Source: Mycolicibacterium smegmatis
Lineage (GTDB): Bacteria; Actinomycetota; Actinomycetes; Mycobacteriales; Mycobacteriaceae
Assembly (NCBI RefSeq): GCF_001457595.1
Contig: NZ_LN831039.1
Coordinates: 3,060,001-3,092,000, forward strand
Length of the DNA stretch: 32,000 nucleotides
Direction of reading: 5' to 3'
A program made the translations under genes and the position numbers. Under the pieces are notes generated by a model. The model searched no databases and was not told the DNA's origin. It saw only the letters and a program-made list of their open reading frames with translations. Shown one piece after another: positions 27,903 through 32,000 of the stretch; position 1 is the stretch's first letter, and each line of letters begins with the position of its first letter.

Positions 27903-29171
27903 ATGGCCGCAAAACAGACAAAAGACGACGACACCACCTCGACCGCCGTCGAGGCCACGCCGATCGAGACGTCGGCCGATTCGGCCGCCCTGCCCAAGCA
28001 CGGGTTCTTCGTCCGGCTGTACACGGGCACCGGCGCTTTCGAGGTCATCGGCAAGCGCAAGCTCTGGTACGCGGTCAGCGGCATCATCGTCGTGATCTCG
28101 CTCGCCAGCATCCTGCTGCGCGGGTTCACCTTCGGCATCGACTTCGAGGGCGGCACCAAGGTGTCGCTGCCCGCGGCCGGTGCGCAGGGGACCATCACCG
28201 TGCAGCAGGTCGAGGATGTCTTCAACCAGACCCTCGGCCGCTCACCGGAGTCGGTGGTGACCGTCGGCAGTGGCGGATCGGCCACCCTGCAGATCCGCGC
28301 CGAGACGCTCACCAACGAGGAAACCGAGGAACTGCGCAACGCGCTGTTCGACACCTTGCAGCCCAAGGGCGCCGACGGACAGCCCAGCAAGCAGGTCATC
28401 AGCGACTCGGCGGTGTCCGAGACGTGGGGCGGTCAGATCACCAAGAAGATGGTGATCGCGCTCGTGGTGTTCCTGGTGCTCGCCGCGATCTACATCACGT
28501 GGCGCTACGAGCGCTACATGGCGATCTCGGCGCTGGCGACCATGGTGTTCGACATCGTGGTGACCGCGGGCGTGTACTCGCTGGTGGGCTTCGAGGTCAC
28601 CCCGGCCACGGTGATCGGCCTGCTGACGATCCTGGGCTTCTCGCTGTACGACACGGTCATCGTGTTCGACAAGGTCGAGGAGAACACGCACGGCTTCGAG
28701 CACACGACCCGCAGGACCTTCGCCGAACAGGCCAACCTCGCGGTCAACCAGACGTTCATGCGTTCGATCAACACCAGCCTCATCTCGGTGCTGCCGATCG
28801 TCGCGCTGATGGTCGTCGCGGTGTGGCTGCTGGGCGTCGGCACGCTGATGGACCTCGCGCTCGTGCAGCTCGTGGGCGTCATCGTGGGCACCTACTCGTC
28901 GATCTACTTCGCGACGCCACTGCTGGTGTCGCTGCGCGAACGCACCGAGCTGGTGCGCAAGCACACCCAGAAGGTGCTCAACCGTCGCCAGGCGGGCAAG
29001 GGCGCGGTGAAGACCGCCGCCGACGACGCGTCGGAGGAAGCCGACGGCGGCGACACCGTCACCGCGAGCTCGACTCCCGCCGCAGCCAAGCCCGCTCCCG
29101 GCGCCCGGCCGGCCCGCCCGTCCGGCGCCAGGACCGGTCGCCCGTCGGGTAAACGGACCAACCGGCGGTAG
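27903..29171 (+). CDS. secF: Protein translocase subunit SecF
   Basis: FTFGIDFEGGTKVSL; ILGFSLYDTVIVFDKVEENT; NQTFMRSINTSL; ATG at 27903. Confidence 0.97.
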   Translation: MAAKQTKDDDTTSTAVEATPIETSADSAALPKHGFFVRLYTGTGAFEVIGKRKLWYAVSGIIVVISLASILLRGFTFGIDFEGGTKVSLPAAGAQGTITVQQVEDVFNQTLGRSPESVVTVGSGGSATLQIRAETLTNEETEELRNALFDTLQPKGADGQPSKQVISDSAVSETWGGQITKKMVIALVVFLVLAAIYITWRYERYMAISALATMVFDIVVTAGVYSLVGFEVTPATVIGLLTILGFSLYDTVIVFDKVEENTHGFEHTTRRTFAEQANLAVNQTFMRSINTSLISVLPIVALMVVAVWLLGVGTLMDLALVQLVGVIVGTYSSIYFATPLLVSLRERTELVRKHTQKVLNRRQAGKGAVKTAADDASEEADGGDTVTASSTPAAAKPAPGARPARPSGARTGRPSGKRTNRR

Positions 29172-29176
29172 ACCGG

Positions 29177-30844
29177 ATGGCTCACCGGAGCGCCACCGCC
29201 CGCGCGCGGGCCGCAGTAGTGCTGGCGGTGCTGTCGCTGCTGGCGGGCGTGGGACTCACCAGCTGCGGCAGCGGCTCGGCCGGCGAGATCGACTACGCCG
29301 TCGACGGCACGCTGACGACGTACAACACCAACACCGTCGCCGGGGCCGCCTCGAGCGGGCCGCAGGCGTTCGCCCGCACCCTGACCGGCTTCGCCTACCA
29401 CGGTCCCGACGGCCAGGTGGTCGCCGACCACGACTTCGGCACGATGTCGGTGGTGGGCCGCGCGCCGCTGGTGCTCGACTACGTCATCAACGACAACGCC
29501 GTGTACTCCGACGGCAAACCGATCACGTGTGACGACATGGTCCTCACCTGGGCCGCGCAGTCCGGGCGGTTCCCCGGATTCGATTCCGCGAGCCGCGCCG
29601 GTTACCGCGACATCGGTTCGGTGGACTGCGAACCCGGGCAGAAGCGCGCCAGGGTGTCGTTCGCGCAGGACCGCGGTTTCCTCGACTACGGCTACCTGTT
29701 CGCCGCGACGTCGCTCATGCCGTCGCACGTCATCGCCGACGAACTCGGCCTAGGCGACGGCGGCGTGGTCACGGCGTTCCGCGACAACGATCTCAACGCG
29801 ATCGAGAACATCGCCAAGGCGTGGAACACGATCTGGGACCTCAAGCCCGACATCGACCTCAAACGCTTCCCGTCGTCGGGCCCCTACCGGCTCGACTCGG
29901 TGTCCGAGGACGGCTCGGTGGTGCTCGTCGCCAACGACAAGTGGTGGGGCACGCCTGCCATCACACCCAAGGTGACCGTGTGGCCACGTGGCGCCGACAT
30001 CCAGGAACGCGTCAACGAGGGATCGTTCGACGTCGTCGACATCGCCACGGGCTCTTCGGGTCTGCTCAACCTGCCCGACGACTACGTCAGCACCGACACC
30101 CCGTCGGCCGGCATCGAACAGCTCATCTTCGCGCCGCGCGGCCCGCTCGGTGCTCCTGACGCCCGTCGCGCGGTGGCGCTGTGCACACCGCGCGACGTGA
30201 TCGCCCGCAACGCCGAGATGCCGATCGCCAACGCGCGGCTGAGCCCGGCCTCGGAGGATGCGTTCAGCGTGGCCGAGGGCGCCGCGGAAGGCGGCCGGTT
30301 CAGCGTCGCCAACCCCGACGCCGCCCGCGACGCGCTCGACAACCGGCCGCTCACGGTCCGCATCGGCTACCAGACCCCGAACGCGCGGCTCGCCGCGATC
30401 GTCGGGGCCATCGCGAAAGCCTGTGCGCCTGCGGGCATCACGGTGCAGGACGCCGGCTCGGAGACCGCGGGCCCGATCGCGCTGCGCAACAACGAGATCG
30501 ACGCACTGCTCGCGAGCACGGGAGGCGCTGCGGGCGCGGGTTCGTCGGGGTCGTCGGCGATCGACGCCTACACCCTGCACGTCGGCAACGGAAACAACCT
30601 GCCGAACTACAACAACGAGCGGATCGACGGCATCATCGACGCGCTCGCGGTCACCTCCGACCCCAAGGAACTGGCCCGACTGCTGGGTGAGGGCGCACCG
30701 ATCCTGTGGAACGACGTGCCCACCCTGCCGTTGTACCGCCAGCAGCGCACGGTGCTCACGTCCAACAAGATGTACGCGGTGAGCGGCAACCCGACCCGGT
30801 GGGGTGCGGGCTGGAACATGGACCGGTGGAAGTTGTCGAAATGA
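29177..30844 (+). CDS. ABC transporter family substrate-binding lipoprotein (SBP family 5, peptide/nickel type)
   Basis: Signal peptide with lipobox LTSC; family-5 SBP pattern ([39 protein letters not shown]). Confidence 0.88.
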   Translation: MAHRSATARARAAVVLAVLSLLAGVGLTSCGSGSAGEIDYAVDGTLTTYNTNTVAGAASSGPQAFARTLTGFAYHGPDGQVVADHDFGTMSVVGRAPLVLDYVINDNAVYSDGKPITCDDMVLTWAAQSGRFPGFDSASRAGYRDIGSVDCEPGQKRARVSFAQDRGFLDYGYLFAATSLMPSHVIADELGLGDGGVVTAFRDNDLNAIENIAKAWNTIWDLKPDIDLKRFPSSGPYRLDSVSEDGSVVLVANDKWWGTPAITPKVTVWPRGADIQERVNEGSFDVVDIATGSSGLLNLPDDYVSTDTPSAGIEQLIFAPRGPLGAPDARRAVALCTPRDVIARNAEMPIANARLSPASEDAFSVAEGAAEGGRFSVANPDAARDALDNRPLTVRIGYQTPNARLAAIVGAIAKACAPAGITVQDAGSETAGPIALRNNEIDALLASTGGAAGAGSSGSSAIDAYTLHVGNGNNLPNYNNERIDGIIDALAVTSDPKELARLLGEGAPILWNDVPTLPLYRQQRTVLTSNKMYAVSGNPTRWGAGWNMDRWKLSK

Positions 30845-30851
30845 CGTTCAA

Positions 30852-31394
30852 ATGACCCAGCACCACGACACGGCCGAGGTGTCGCGGGTGATCGCGACGC
30901 TCACCCGCGAGGTCGCCGACTTCCCCGAACCGGGCATCCAGTTCAAGGACCTCACGCCGCTTCTCGCCGATGCGCGCGGTCTGCGCGTGGTCACCGACGC
31001 GCTGGCCGACATCGCCTCGGGCGCGGATCTGGTCGCGGGTCTGGATGCGCGCGGTTTCCTGCTGGGCGCGGCGGTGGCCACCCGGCTGGGCACCGGTGTG
31101 CTGGCGGTCCGCAAGGGCGGCAAGCTGCCGCCTCCGGTCCACGGAGCGACGTACCAATTGGAGTACGGCACGGCGACCCTGGAGATCCCCGCCGAAGGAA
31201 TTGACATCGCCGGGCGCAACGTTGTGATCATCGACGATGTGCTCGCCACCGGCGGGACGCTGGCCGCGGCGGCCAGGCTGCTCGGCGACTGTGGCGCCAA
31301 CGTGACCGGCGCCGGAGTGGTTCTCGAGCTCGAAGCCCTCCGCGGACGCGAAGCGGTGGCACCATTGGGCGTACGAAGCCTGCACATCATCTGA
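30852..31394 (+). CDS. apt: Adenine phosphoribosyltransferase
   Basis: [17 protein letters not shown]; [31 protein letters not shown]; [22 protein letters not shown]. Confidence 0.95.
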   Translation: MTQHHDTAEVSRVIATLTREVADFPEPGIQFKDLTPLLADARGLRVVTDALADIASGADLVAGLDARGFLLGAAVATRLGTGVLAVRKGGKLPPPVHGATYQLEYGTATLEIPAEGIDIAGRNVVIIDDVLATGGTLAAAARLLGDCGANVTGAGVVLELEALRGREAVAPLGVRSLHII

Positions 31395-31437
31395 GGGATA
31401 TCCTCGAATTCGGGTTGCTGGGCAGGAGGTGACAACC

Positions 31438-32000
31438 ATGGTCGACGAGCCAGGCAAGGGTCAGGCCGTGCAGTCTCCTCCCGCGGTGCCCGAAACCGTG
31501 CCCAAACCCCCGTCCGGCACGGCACCGACGACCACACCGGCGGCTCCGTCGACGTCGTCGGAGACCGCACGTATCAGCGCCTCGCGTCGCGTGCGCGCCC
31601 GGCTGGCGCGCAGGATGACCGCGCAGCGCAGTGCGATCAACCCGGTGCTCGAACCGCTGGTCGCCGTGCACCGCGAGATCTACCCGAAGGCCGATCTGCA
31701 GCTGTTGCAGCGGGCCTACGAGGTGGCCGAGAAACGCCACGCCGACCAGTTGCGCAAGTCCGGTGACCCCTACATCACGCATCCGCTGGCGGTCGCGAAC
31801 ATCCTGGCCGAGCTCGGCATGGACACCACCACGCTGGTGGCCGCGCTGCTGCACGACACCGTCGAGGACACGGGCTACAGCCTGGAGGCGCTGACCGCCG
31901 ACTTCGGCAGCGAGGTCGGGCACCTCGTCGACGGTGTGACCAAGCTGGACAAGGTCGTGCTGGGTTCGGCGGCCGAGGGCGAGACCATCCGCAAGATGAT
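31438..32000 (+). CDS. relA: Bifunctional (p)ppGpp synthetase/hydrolase, N-terminal part, truncated by window end
   Basis: [90 protein letters not shown] (HD hydrolase domain); manually translated since the track omits it; AGGAGGT upstream. Confidence 0.95.
   Translation, partial: MVDEPGKGQAVQSPPAVPETVPKPPSGTAPTTTPAAPSTSSETARISASRRVRARLARRMTAQRSAINPVLEPLVAVHREIYPKADLQLLQRAYEVAEKRHADQLRKSGDPYITHPLAVANILAELGMDTTTLVAALLHDTVEDTGYSLEALTADFGSEVGHLVDGVTKLDKVVLGSAAEGETIRKM

Noticed and set aside
27371-28399. 342-aa minus-strand ORF opposite secD/secF
   Set aside because: Antisense shadow of conserved translocase genes.

Overview
This is a high-GC mycobacterial chromosomal window. Gene content and order match the fast-growing Mycolicibacterium (M. 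smegmatis-like) pimA to relA region; the species call is inference from recalled gene order. The conserved backbone is pimA(partial)-NUDIX-pdxS-tesB-pdxT-yebC, then an SDR and a VOC gene, then ruvCAB, a carboxylic acid reductase (car/fadD9-like), gabT, yajC-secD-secF, a peptide-type ABC solute-binding lipoprotein, apt and relA(partial). Between ruvB and car lies an accessory catabolic block (~8.7-17.5 kb): a cyclase-family metal hydrolase, a crotonase-fold protein strongly resembling 6-oxocamphor (beta-diketone) hydrolase, a three-subunit xanthine-dehydrogenase-type Mo/FAD/2Fe-2S enzyme, an MHS-type MFS permease, an EthD-like protein, a LacI regulator and a SnoaL/NTF2-like protein. Near-identical LacI-type operator sequences occur at both ends of this block, supporting one regulon. 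Other notable signals are overlapping PafBC/RecA-NDp-like and LexA-like motifs upstream of ruvC, an IS630-family insertion whose TA target sits inside a stop codon and separates a gene from its probable terminator, a collagen-like insert in SecD, and strong hairpins between convergent genes. I see no CRISPR array, tRNA, rRNA, phage or obvious defence system.
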